DNA of 64,000 nt from contig DATGQI010000036.1 in assembly GCA_035304285.1 (NCBI GenBank), positions 4,446 through 68,445 on the forward strand, written 5' to 3'. Below the pieces are notes generated by a model. The model was given only the letters and a program-made list of their open reading frames with translations, did no database searches and was not told where the DNA came from. Source of the stretch: Woeseiaceae bacterium (lineage in GTDB: Bacteria; Pseudomonadota; Gammaproteobacteria; Steroidobacterales; Woeseiaceae). This document shows positions 37,818-46,749 of this stretch, piece after piece. A program made the translations under genes and the position numbers. Every line of letters starts with the position of its first letter. Within the stretch, counting starts at the first letter, position 1.

Positions 37818-38236
37818 GCAGGGATGCTGTTGCGATGACCCGCCCGCTACTCCGCTCCACAGGTGCCGTCCTGGCGGTACTCGGGACGTTCGCGGTCACC
37901 CTCTCCCATGCCGATCCACCAACGATCAACGACGGGATCTATACGGAAGAACAGGCACAAGCCGGCGAAGAGCTTTACGCCGAACACTGCCTGACCTGTC
38001 ACGACAAGAAATACTTCCGACCCGTCCTGAAGGCGTGGGAGGGGCAGCCTCTCGGCGTCCTTTACACCGTGATGAGCGCGTCCATGCCGGAATCCAATCC
38101 TGGCGCGCTCCCCAGGGCGGATTATGTCGATATACTCGCCTACATACTCTCGCTCAGCCGCTATCCGGCCGGCGATGCGGAGCTTGACTACAGGGACGGC
38201 GTCCTGGACGAGATCGTGATATCCGGCCGCGAGTAA
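37814..38236 (+). CDS. mono-heme cytochrome c, probable electron acceptor of the PQQ dehydrogenase
   Basis: GTGA overlap with the dehydrogenase stop (alternative ATG at 37835). Signal peptide present. CLTCH heme motif and a distal Met (SASMPES). Confidence 0.75.
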   Translation: MSRDAVAMTRPLLRSTGAVLAVLGTFAVTLSHADPPTINDGIYTEEQAQAGEELYAEHCLTCHDKKYFRPVLKAWEGQPLGVLYTVMSASMPESNPGALPRADYVDILAYILSLSRYPAGDAELDYRDGVLDEIVISGRE

Positions 38237-38250
38237 GCTCAAGCGCCGTA

Positions 38251-38517
38251 TCAGACCAGCGTGAGCCTGCCTTCCTCATCGATGTCGAGCGTCTTGTCCT
38301 CGCAGAACTCTGCGTAAGTTTCGGGAACGGCGAGAACCGTGCGGCCTTCGTACTCGTAGGTCGTATCATTGGGCGCCGGAGACTGCAAAGCCAGCGAAAG
38401 ACCGCCGGCATTCTCACTGCGGACAATACGCAGGCACCGATCCTCGGTGTCGGCCTCAGATGCATTGGAAATCGCCTTGTCGAACTGTTCAAGAACTGTG
38501 TCGGTTACGGTTAGCAT
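38251..38517 (-). CDS. small hypothetical protein (88 aa)
   Basis: Internal ATG is preceded by a strong AAGGAGGAAAC. No recognisable motif. Last gene on the ectoine-cluster strand. Confidence 0.5.
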   Translation of the reverse strand: MLTVTDTVLEQFDKAISNASEADTEDRCLRIVRSENAGGLSLALQSPAPNDTTYEYEGRTVLAVPETYAEFCEDKTLDIDEEGRLTLV

Positions 38518-38536
38518 GTTTCCTCCTTCTACCTTA

Positions 38537-38565
38537 CAAAATTGCCGCCTGTCATTAACAGGCAA
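38537..38565 (-). terminator. candidate intrinsic terminator after the SSS transporter gene
   Basis: The minus strand reads ttgcctgttaatgacaggcggcaa followed by ttttg. The stem is imperfect and the U-tract is short. Confidence 0.4.
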
Positions 38566-38577
38566 CACCGAAACTTC

Positions 38578-40011
38578 TTACGCTCCGTTCGCGTAACTGC
38601 TGACGGGCGACGATCGCGGCTCCGACGCACGCGACAACGCAAACGCCAGTACCAACCCCGAAACTATCCCCGGCAATCCCTCGTACACCATCGTGTGCAA
38701 CTCCGCCGCCCGCCACAGCAAAGCGGCGGCAACGCCTCCCACCATCGCCACGATAGCGCCAGCCTCGCTGATGCGTCGCCCGACCGCGTAAAGCGTCAGC
38801 AACGGGGCAAATGCCGACGCCAGCGTTGACCACGACAAAATGACAAGCTGGAAGACGCTTCGGGTTTCGCTCATCGCTATTCCCAAAGCAAGCAAAGTCA
38901 CCACTGCCGTCGCAGTCTTGGCCTGCCACGTGCTGTCCAGCCGTTCCGGGAATAAATCATGTGTAATCGCGGCCGAACAACTGAGCACCAGTGAGTCTGC
39001 CGTAGACATCGTCGCCGCAAAAATTCCTGCAAGAATCACGCCGACCAGTACCGGTGGAAGAAGCTCGAGCGCTATCGTGGGTAAGGCGAGTTCCGGATCC
39101 ATCCCGCTCAATTCCGGCAGGTAAAGGCGTGACAGCAGGCCGACCCCGGTCGCAAGCGCATAGAACACGGTGAAGAAACTGTAGTACCAAGCACGGGCGC
39201 GCATCATGTTGCCCGCTTCGTCCAGCGCCATGAACCTGACCATCACGTGCGGCTGGCCGACGACCGAGAACCCGGCAAACATCCAACCGAGTACGAACAA
39301 TCCCATGCCCAGTGCCCCGGGGAACAACAGGTCGGCGGGGAACAGGTCCAGGTAACCCGGGATATCAGAAAGTTTCTGCACGGTTCCCGAAAACCCGCCC
39401 TGGCCCTGCAGGGCGACCGTGAACAAAAGCGTCATCGCCGCCAGCATCACGATCGACTGCGCCGCATCCGTCCAGATCGACGCCCGGATACCGCCGGCGA
39501 CGCTGTAGGCCAGGATCATCGCTGCGACGACGACGGCACCCACGGCCGGTTCCCATCCGAGAACGCCCTGCAGCGCCTTGCCGCCGGCGCTGATTTGCGC
39601 GGCTGCGTAGGCGCCCAGGAAAGCCACCATGACGATGGCGGCGATTCTTCGCCAGGCACGGAACTCCTCCCCGTGCCAGCGTGCGACGACGGCCGCGAAT
39701 GAGGCTTCATCGGTCCTCTCCGTCGATTTCCTCAGTTTCTTGTGGATGAAGAGCGACCCGACAAAGTCGCCCAGGATCCAGCCCACCATCAGCCAGGCTG
39801 CAGACAGGCCGGTCGCGTACGTAAAGCCGATCACGCCGATGAACATGTAGCCGGAATTGTTGGTCGCGACTGCTGACAGGCCGCAGAGCCACGGCGAGAC
39901 GGCGCGGCTTGCCAAGTAATAGTCGTTCCTGGATTTCCTGGCTCGCGCCGCCGATGCAAGCCCGATCACCACGAACGCCAGCAGGATCGCCAGGAAAGAT
40001 GCTTCGATCAT
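38578..40011 (-). CDS. sodium:solute symporter (SSS family, PutP-like)
   Basis: 477 aa with about 12-13 TM segments and SSS signatures (YYLASR, GGIRASIWTDAAQ). Immediately downstream of ask in the ect operon direction. Confidence 0.8.
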   Translation of the reverse strand: MIEASFLAILLAFVVIGLASAARARKSRNDYYLASRAVSPWLCGLSAVATNNSGYMFIGVIGFTYATGLSAAWLMVGWILGDFVGSLFIHKKLRKSTERTDEASFAAVVARWHGEEFRAWRRIAAIVMVAFLGAYAAAQISAGGKALQGVLGWEPAVGAVVVAAMILAYSVAGGIRASIWTDAAQSIVMLAAMTLLFTVALQGQGGFSGTVQKLSDIPGYLDLFPADLLFPGALGMGLFVLGWMFAGFSVVGQPHVMVRFMALDEAGNMMRARAWYYSFFTVFYALATGVGLLSRLYLPELSGMDPELALPTIALELLPPVLVGVILAGIFAATMSTADSLVLSCSAAITHDLFPERLDSTWQAKTATAVVTLLALGIAMSETRSVFQLVILSWSTLASAFAPLLTLYAVGRRISEAGAIVAMVGGVAAALLWRAAELHTMVYEGLPGIVSGLVLAFALSRASEPRSSPVSSYANGA

Positions 40012-40048
40012 CCGCTTGTAATCCGGTGCCCGGCGCGCAGGTTACACG

Positions 40049-41551
40049 TCATGCAGCGCGCTGCGGCCTGCTTCCGCGCGTTCCGTCCACCTGCCTCGAC
40101 TGCCTTCCACCCTGTTCAATCAGCGCCCCGTGCAGGGCGATGATCGATTTGTCGTAGTCTTCTTCCGCCAGGATGAAAAGTATGTCGACGTTGCGAATCA
40201 ACTGGTGCAGGCCGAGCACTTCCACGCCTGCCTTTGCGAGCGCCCCCACGGCGAGGGCCGTAAGGCCTGTTACGTCCAGGTCGCTGCCGATCGCGGATAC
40301 GATAGCTACTTTGCGCGTCGTCACACGCGCAGAGCCGAAGTTTTCGCGCAGGTCGCTCACCACGCGATGTACGGCCTTGAGGGAGCCGGCGAGGTAGTGG
40401 ACGATCGTGTTGGCGTTCGAGGTTTTCGTGACTACCCGCACGCTATGCCGCTTCAGCGTCTCGAGGATCGCCGCGTCATAACCTTTGACTCCCACCATGT
40501 CCTGCTCGAAAAATTCCAGCGCAATGACGCTGCGCATGCCGGTAATGATTTCAGCCTGGGGAACACCCGAGACGTAGTCGCTCGTTATCTGTGAGCCGTT
40601 GTCGTCCGGATCGAAGGTATTGCGAATGCGGAGGGGAATGTTCGCCTGGCGCAGTCCCTTGGCGGCGCGAGGGTGAATCGCCTCCATCCCCATGTTGGAA
40701 AGCTGGTCCGCGACGTCGTAGTTGGTCCGCTCGATCTTGCGCACGCGTTCCCGCCCGATCAGCTTCGGGTCGCCACTCGAGAGGTGGAATTCCTTGTGGA
40801 TGACCGCTTCGCAGGCGCGGGTGAGTACCGCGACCCGCGACAGCGTGACTTCGCTGTAGCCGCGGCCGTAGCTCTGGATCGTGCCGGCCCGACTATGGGC
40901 ATAGCCGGTGAGGACTGGCAGCGTGGTTGAAAGGTCGATATCGCTCAGGGCTTTGCCAATGCGGTTGTCCAGGCTAAGGTTCGCCTCTTCCCGCCAGCCG
41001 GTAAGGTCGACAAAAACCGCGTTCACGTTGTGCTCTTTCAGCAGCAGCGTCGAGTTATGCGCGCTGTGTGCTTCCCCGACCGCTGCAAGCATTTCCCGAA
41101 CCGTATCGAGATGCTCGCTCAGGCTGAAATGACCGTACGAGCAGAGGCGATGCAGGTCGATGAGGCAACTCCTGACGCCCTCGATGCGTTCCCGCACGAA
41201 TCGGTCGGCGATTTGCCGGTCGGGGTGATCCCCGAACATACGGGCGTTGATGGCGCGCATGTCGCTGCTCACTTCGCTGATGGCATCGCCCCAGGCCCAT
41301 TCCGATTCCGACCCTGCGAACAATGCATGCACGCCGGGCTCGCCCGTCTTCTTGTCCTCCAGCAGCTTATCGGTGATGCCACTGTAGGCGGACACGACGA
41401 AGATCCGGTTATAGAGCTCGGCGCCGGTGCGCCGGCCCAGGAATATGTTGCCGAGCACGGAATCGGCATCCGACATCGAGGTGCCACCGATCTTCTCGAC
41501 CGTGTGCCTCGCGCTCTGCTGCACGTTTTCCTGTTTGCCTTCCCGGGTCAC
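40049..41551 (-). CDS. ask: ectoine-associated aspartate kinase (Ask_Ect)
   Basis: GTGA overlap with the ectD stop. N-terminus HTVEKIGGTSMSD is typical of Ask_Ect. C-terminal ACT domains present. Confidence 0.85.
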   Translation of the reverse strand: MTREGKQENVQQSARHTVEKIGGTSMSDADSVLGNIFLGRRTGAELYNRIFVVSAYSGITDKLLEDKKTGEPGVHALFAGSESEWAWGDAISEVSSDMRAINARMFGDHPDRQIADRFVRERIEGVRSCLIDLHRLCSYGHFSLSEHLDTVREMLAAVGEAHSAHNSTLLLKEHNVNAVFVDLTGWREEANLSLDNRIGKALSDIDLSTTLPVLTGYAHSRAGTIQSYGRGYSEVTLSRVAVLTRACEAVIHKEFHLSSGDPKLIGRERVRKIERTNYDVADQLSNMGMEAIHPRAAKGLRQANIPLRIRNTFDPDDNGSQITSDYVSGVPQAEIITGMRSVIALEFFEQDMVGVKGYDAAILETLKRHSVRVVTKTSNANTIVHYLAGSLKAVHRVVSDLRENFGSARVTTRKVAIVSAIGSDLDVTGLTALAVGALAKAGVEVLGLHQLIRNVDILFILAEEDYDKSIIALHGALIEQGGRQSRQVDGTRGSRPQRAA

Positions 41552-42507
41552 GCTGCGCTCCGCATCAGCGGGCCCGTTACCGGCTGCACTGGCGCCACGT
41601 GCATTCGGGATGCAATGAACTCGGGGCGAGGGGTTGCGGGCCCGAAAGGCGCCTCGAGGCGGTTTGATACAGCGTTGTAGACGATGAACGCATTGCTCCG
41701 GGGAAGCGGCGTGATGTTGCTGGCCGAACCGTGCATGGTATTGCAGTCGAAAATGATGACGGTACCTGCGGGGCCGGTGGGCGCAGCGATGCCGCCCTCG
41801 GCTGCCAGCCAGGCCAGCGACTCGTCGTCCGGTACGCCATACTCCTGTTGCTTGAGAGAACTCCTGTAGTGGTTATCCGGAGTCTCGCCAATGCAGGTGA
41901 CATAGTGCCGGTGTGAGCCCGGTAAGAGCATGAGGGGCCCGTTGTGCGGTGTGTTCTCGGTCAGCAACACGGTCATCGACAACGCCCGCATCCGCGGCAT
42001 GCCGTCCTCGACGTGCCATGTCTCGAAGTCGGAGTGCCAGTAGAATTCCTTCCCGCGGAACCCCGGCTTGTAGTTCATGCGTGACTGGTGAATATAGATG
42101 TCGTCGTTCAGCAGGAACCGCGCAACTTCCGCGAGTCGGGCGTCGGCGGCAAGCCGCGCGAACGTCCGGTCCTGTTCGTGTATGCGAAAAACCGAGCGCA
42201 CATGGCCGGAGCCCGGCTCACTGATCAGCGTTTCCGGTTCCAGCGCGCTCTGTCCTGCGCCACGCAATCTCGCAGCCGCGCTGCAAAGGGTCTCGACTTC
42301 ACCGGCGTCAAAAATATCCCGCAGTACCAGGAAACCGTCTTGCTCGAATGACTGCGTATCCTCCTTGGAAAGCGGCGCGTCAGGAGTCCAGCTTCCATGC
42401 ACCACGTCGTCGAGGCGCGGAAGTACCTGCGCCTCCGTCGCTTGCCGGGACGGATATGCGTCTTCCCGCGGTTTCCCTGCAATCCTGTTCGCTGCGACCT
42501 GGCTCAT
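41548..42507 (-). CDS. ectD: ectoine hydroxylase
   Basis: Contains the EctD signature [21 protein letters not shown] overlap with ectC. Confidence 0.9.
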   Translation of the reverse strand: MSQVAANRIAGKPREDAYPSRQATEAQVLPRLDDVVHGSWTPDAPLSKEDTQSFEQDGFLVLRDIFDAGEVETLCSAAARLRGAGQSALEPETLISEPGSGHVRSVFRIHEQDRTFARLAADARLAEVARFLLNDDIYIHQSRMNYKPGFRGKEFYWHSDFETWHVEDGMPRMRALSMTVLLTENTPHNGPLMLLPGSHRHYVTCIGETPDNHYRSSLKQQEYGVPDDESLAWLAAEGGIAAPTGPAGTVIIFDCNTMHGSASNITPLPRSNAFIVYNAVSNRLEAPFGPATPRPEFIASRMHVAPVQPVTGPLMRSAA

Positions 42508-42896
42508 ACCGCCTCCGCCTGTAGCGGGTAAGCGCCGCTTTCGTCGTGGACTTCCAGCCCGTTGAGTGGCGGGTTGAAGACGCAGGCCATCGTCATTTCC
42601 GAAGTAGCGCGAAGTATGTGCGGGTCGTGCTTGTCGAGCGCGTACATGACGCCGGGACGTATCGGAAACGTCTCGCCGGTTTCCTGGTTCTCGATCGAAC
42701 CCTCGCCTGCGACACAGTAAACGGACTCCAGGTGATTCCGGTAGTGCATCGGCAGCTCGGCGCCTTCGTAAATGGTTGTGATGTGGAAAGAGAAGCCCAT
42801 CGCGTCTTCCTTCAACAACAGGCGCACGCTGTTCCAGCCCGGTGTCTCGACCAGTCGTCTGCTCTTCTTCGCATCATCAAGATTTCGAACAATCAT
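42504..42896 (-). CDS. ectC: L-ectoine synthase
   Basis: 130 aa cupin. MIVRNLDD...[23 protein letters not shown]... is typical of EctC. Confidence 0.9.
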   Translation of the reverse strand: MIVRNLDDAKKSRRLVETPGWNSVRLLLKEDAMGFSFHITTIYEGAELPMHYRNHLESVYCVAGEGSIENQETGETFPIRPGVMYALDKHDPHILRATSEMTMACVFNPPLNGLEVHDESGAYPLQAEAV

Positions 42897-42909
42897 GTGT
42901 ATACCCCTC

Positions 42910-44214
42910 TTACGCCGCTGCCCTGTCGGCCTTGTCGAGCACGGCTCTTACCGAACGCGCCATGATGTCGAGACCGCGTACTAGCTCCTCGTCGGAAATT
43001 GTCAGCGCCGCGAGGCACTTGACGATTTCGTCATCACTGCCGCTCGTTTCGATAACCAGTCCGTCAGCGAATGCTTTCCTGACCACGTGGCCTGCGAGTT
43101 CGCCGGAAGGCATCTCAAGACCGCGCATCATCCCACGACCCTTCACGGCGGTCCGGGCAAGGCCGTTCGCGCGCGCGATATCATCAAGCTTCGTCTTCAG
43201 TAGCTGACCTTTGTCGTATATCGACTGCTCGAAAGCGCTGTCGCGCCAGAAGTGCTCGAGTGCGGCACGCGCCGTAACGAATGCATGGCAATTGCCGCGG
43301 AAGGTGCCGTTGTGTTCGCCCGGTAGCCATTCGTCGAACTGCCTGTCTATCAATACGAGCGCCAGCGGCAGACCGTATCCGGAAATGGATTTGGCCATGG
43401 TGACGATGTCGGGCTTTACCTTCGCCGGTTCAAAGCTGAAGAACGTCCCGGTCCGACCCGTACCGGCCTGGATATCGTCGACGATGAATAGCGCTCCGTG
43501 TTTGCGCGCAATCGCCGCAATCTTCCTGAGCCAATCGTAGTCGGCGACGTTCAGGCCGCCCTCGCCCTGGACTGTTTCCACGAGCACTGCGGCGGGAGCG
43601 TCGACACCACTGGATCCGTCTTCGAGCATCTTGTCCAGGTACGCTGCAGTATCGACCGATGGTCCGAAGTAGCCGTCGAAAGGCATTCGCGTGACGCCGC
43701 TCAAAGCCACGCCCGCACCGTTACGATGGAAGCCGTTGGCAGTAGTCGCTAGCGCCCCGAGGGTGACGCCGTGAAAACCGTTGGTGAATGCAATGACGTT
43801 CTGGCGCCCGGTCACCTTGCGCGCAAGTTTCAGTGCTGCCTCGACGGCGTTCGCGCCGGTCGGACCGGGAAACTGCACGACGTAGTCCAGCTTGCGAGGC
43901 TTAAGGATCGTTTCATGGAGCTCGGCAAGAAATCTTTCCTTGCTCTCGCTGTACATATCGAGGCTGTGTGTAATGCCGTCACTGCTGATGTACTCGATCA
44001 GTGCTTTCTTGAGTTCCGGATGGTTATGCCCGTAGTTGAGCGTCGAGCAACCCATCAGGAAGTCGAGGTATGCGGTGCCATCGCGGGTATAAAGCCACGA
44101 GCCCCTGGCGCGGTGGAAAATCCGGGGAAAGTTTCGTGCGTAGCTTCGAACCTGCGATTCGAGCAGCTCGAAAGTCTCGACGGCGGGTTCGCTGTCCCTT
44201 TTCTGTTCAGACAT
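42910..44214 (-). CDS. ectB: diaminobutyrate--2-oxoglutarate transaminase
   Basis: Start at the internal Met (MSEQKRD...). [12 protein letters not shown] and a class-III aminotransferase body with Lys in [11 protein letters not shown]. Confidence 0.9.
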   Translation of the reverse strand: MSEQKRDSEPAVETFELLESQVRSYARNFPRIFHRARGSWLYTRDGTAYLDFLMGCSTLNYGHNHPELKKALIEYISSDGITHSLDMYSESKERFLAELHETILKPRKLDYVVQFPGPTGANAVEAALKLARKVTGRQNVIAFTNGFHGVTLGALATTANGFHRNGAGVALSGVTRMPFDGYFGPSVDTAAYLDKMLEDGSSGVDAPAAVLVETVQGEGGLNVADYDWLRKIAAIARKHGALFIVDDIQAGTGRTGTFFSFEPAKVKPDIVTMAKSISGYGLPLALVLIDRQFDEWLPGEHNGTFRGNCHAFVTARAALEHFWRDSAFEQSIYDKGQLLKTKLDDIARANGLARTAVKGRGMMRGLEMPSGELAGHVVRKAFADGLVIETSGSDDEIVKCLAALTISDEELVRGLDIMARSVRAVLDKADRAAA

Positions 44215-44239
44215 GGTGTTCCTCTGTGGTGAGATGTGA

Positions 44240-44806
44240 TTACGTGGCGCTGCGCGCACTTCGCTTGGAATTCAGCGGGCTAATGGTGATAAGCCGCTCG
44301 CTCGCGTGCCGGCCCTCGAAGTGCCGCTCCTCGTCGAAGCAGGCAGTCTCCTCAAGGGCAGCATTCGCCCGCTCGGCAACCGAGCGGAACAAGGCATGCG
44401 ACGCGTGATTGTCAGGCGTTATCGTCGTCTGCATGCGAACGACGTCACCTAGTTCCTGGCGTTCGAGTAAATCGAACAACATTCTTCGCGCCAATCCCAG
44501 GCCGCGAGCCCGTTCGTGTACCGCTACCTGCCAGATAAAGAGCGTCGACGGGTCGGCGGGACGGCGGTAGCCCGAAACCCAACCGACAGCCTCGCCATCC
44601 ATTTCCGCGAGCACTGACGTTTCGGCGAAATCCCGGCACTGCAGGAGGTTGCAGTACATCGAGTTCTGGTCCAGTGGCGGGCAGGCGGCAACGAGTCGCC
44701 AGATGCGCGAGCCGTCCGTGGAAGCAGGCCTCCTGAGCGATACCTGTCGCGAAGCCGCTTTCTCGCCGATCCGCGGCGCTTTGCTGTCTTCTTTGGGTAC
44801 TTGCAT
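44240..44806 (-). CDS. ectA: L-2,4-diaminobutyrate acetyltransferase
   Basis: 188 aa GNAT. NSMYCNLLQCRDFAETSVLAE and WQVAVHERARGLGLA are typical of EctA. First gene of the ectABCD-ask order. Confidence 0.85.
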   Translation of the reverse strand: MQVPKEDSKAPRIGEKAASRQVSLRRPASTDGSRIWRLVAACPPLDQNSMYCNLLQCRDFAETSVLAEMDGEAVGWVSGYRRPADPSTLFIWQVAVHERARGLGLARRMLFDLLERQELGDVVRMQTTITPDNHASHALFRSVAERANAALEETACFDEERHFEGRHASERLITISPLNSKRSARSAT

Positions 44807-44831
44807 AATTAGTTTGATAGTCTAACTAATT
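44807..44831. promoter_or_regulatory. inverted repeat AATTAGTT-N9-AACTAATT abutting the ectA start codon (candidate EctR/MarR operator)
   Basis: A perfect 8+8 AT-rich palindrome in otherwise GC-rich DNA, directly 5' of the ectA ATG. A divergent MarR gene is adjacent. Confidence 0.35.
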
Positions 44832-45015
44832 CAGGCCCGGATTTAAACCGCGTGGCGGCCTGTCATTCAAAAATCTCCGGGAAGTTGCTTAGTATACCGA
44901 AGTAAATTGAAGCCCGTGCGCGCTCACTGCTGGCGAGCGGCGACGGAATCTGCGACAAAGAGGAGTTTGCGCGGTGGTGTTCTTCTCCCGGGCTGCAGCA
45001 TCGAAGGATTCGCCG

Positions 45016-45501
45016 ATGGAAAATCGTTCCGATAGCGCGCTGATCGCGCTGCGCCGCATCTTGCGAGCGACAGAGTTGAACTCGCGGCTCCTCGCCAGCC
45101 AGACGGGGCTGACGACGTCGCAGTTCATCATCCTGCAGATCGTCGCTCGCGAGAGCAAGGTGCTGCCGAGCGCCGTCGCAAAGTCCGCGGGACTGACGCA
45201 GGCGACGGTCACGTCGCTGGTAGACAAGCTGGAGCGCCACGGTCTCGTGAAGCGCAGGCGTGATACCGAGGACCGGCGGCGCATATGGGTTGAAGCGACC
45301 GCGGCCGGGCGTAAGGCGCTTGCCGATTCACCGGATCTGCTGCAGGACCGTTTCCAGGTCGCATTCCTCAAGCTTGCCGAATGGGAGCAAGCGATGATCA
45401 TCGCGGCGCTGGAGCGGGTATCAGCGATGCTGGACGCCGCTACACTGGATGCTTCGCCCGTCCTCGACATCGGCGAGCTGGATCGCTTGCTGAATAGCTG
45501 A
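45016..45501 (+). CDS. ectR: MarR-family regulator, EctR-like
   Basis: Start at the internal Met (MENRSD...). Winged-helix MarR core (LTTSQFIILQIV...ATVTSLVDKLERHGLVKRRRDTEDRRR). Divergent from ectA, as for EctR of methylotrophs. Confidence 0.7.
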   Translation: MENRSDSALIALRRILRATELNSRLLASQTGLTTSQFIILQIVARESKVLPSAVAKSAGLTQATVTSLVDKLERHGLVKRRRDTEDRRRIWVEATAAGRKALADSPDLLQDRFQVAFLKLAEWEQAMIIAALERVSAMLDAATLDASPVLDIGELDRLLNS

Positions 45502-45553
45502 ACCTGACTGCCGCGGGCGGCTTCCGGAATGCCTTGGATGAGCCCACCACGTC

Positions 45554-46495
45554 TTAGTGGAGAGGTTGACCTTCCTCCGCCGCCCGCGGCCCGCCACTCT
45601 TCAAGACCAGAACATCCGCCCTGACGCGTTGAACGACACGCTCTGCAGCGCTGCCGGAGAACATCCGGCTCAATCGTCCGCCCCGCCGGGCGCCGAGAAC
45701 GATCAGGTCGGCATTCATCGGCTCCGACATTTCCTCCAGCGTTTCGACCAGCTTGCCTTCGTGAATGTGGATGCGCTCCCGCGGCAATCCGTGCGCTGCC
45801 GCCATATCGAAAACGCGGCCCATGCGGCGATCGTAACGACTGGTGCCCATGTCGTCCTCGGGATCGGGCGCCGCGGGTTCGACTGCCTGGGGCAGACCTG
45901 CCTCGCCGAACGTATGCAAGGCGTGCGGCTCCTTGCCGAGCTTTCGTGCGAGCTTCGCGGCATGGTCGAGAATTCGCGCGTCCAGCGAATCGACGGCGCC
46001 ACCGTCAGCACTTGGCCGCTCGATAGCTCCAACGATCTTGTCGCCGCTCTTGTGTTGCGGGTTGACAACCCAGACCGGAGCGGGACACGAGCGGATCATC
46101 GAAAAGTCATGACCGGTCAGGGTCATTTCCTCGAACCGGGAGTGGTTGTTGCGGCGAATCAGTACCAGCGATGGCGATATCCTCTGCACTACTTCGAGTG
46201 CATCTTCCTCCACCGATGACGATGCCCTCACCTCGCCGCTTGCAGACACGCCGGCGGCAGCAAGGTCCTTCAGCAGCTTGTCGAGCGACCTTCGGCAACG
46301 TTCGATGAGCTTCTGCCGCACCCTGCGGACCCGCTCCCGCCGTCCTGGCAGCGCCGGCGGCAGCTCTGCCTCATCGAACATGCAGCAGATGTAGAGTTCC
46401 TCCTGCAATGCCCCGGCCACTTCCCGCGCCCGCCGTACCAGGTTGGGATGCGGAATGGAGCCAAAATCCATGACCAATAATTGACCGCTTTTCAT
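45554..46495 (-). CDS. tandem universal stress protein (UspE-like)
   Basis: Start at the internal Met (MKSGQLLVMDFG...). Two Usp domains; the second ends ...ADLIVLGARRGGRLSRMFSGSAAERVVQRVRADVLVLK. Confidence 0.7.
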   Translation of the reverse strand: MKSGQLLVMDFGSIPHPNLVRRAREVAGALQEELYICCMFDEAELPPALPGRRERVRRVRQKLIERCRRSLDKLLKDLAAAGVSASGEVRASSSVEEDALEVVQRISPSLVLIRRNNHSRFEEMTLTGHDFSMIRSCPAPVWVVNPQHKSGDKIVGAIERPSADGGAVDSLDARILDHAAKLARKLGKEPHALHTFGEAGLPQAVEPAAPDPEDDMGTSRYDRRMGRVFDMAAAHGLPRERIHIHEGKLVETLEEMSEPMNADLIVLGARRGGRLSRMFSGSAAERVVQRVRADVLVLKSGGPRAAEEGQPLH

Positions 46496-46549
46496 AAGCC
46501 TCGCCAGAACTGAACACCGTGGTCGTATAACTACCGGTGCAAGCACGAG

Positions 46550-46565
46550 TGCAAGAAGCGGGCCA
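46550..46565 (-). promoter_or_regulatory. sigma-54 promoter, near-consensus (TGGCCC-N5-TTGCA)
   Basis: The minus strand reads tggcccgcttcttgca. One mismatch, with the GG and GC dinucleotides intact. About 55 nt upstream of the USP start at 46495. Confidence 0.55.
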
Positions 46566-46652
46566 TCGGCGGGGCACGGCAGCGTCAGCTGCGTCATGGC
46601 ATCCGTCGGTGCCGCATCCGGCTGCAGCGACGCACCCGGGACGCTTTTTCCG

Positions 46653-46668
46653 TGGCACAGAATTTGCA
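46653..46668 (+). promoter_or_regulatory. sigma-54 promoter, perfect TGGCAC-N5-TTGCA
   Basis: tggcacagaatttgca, 82 nt upstream of the ATG at 46750. Confidence 0.8.
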
Positions 46669-46749
46669 ACCGCCTCATCCATAAGGAATAAATTGACCTT
46701 CCATCCGGCGAGAACTGATGCCAAAGACGCTTCGCACCCGCTTTTCCCA

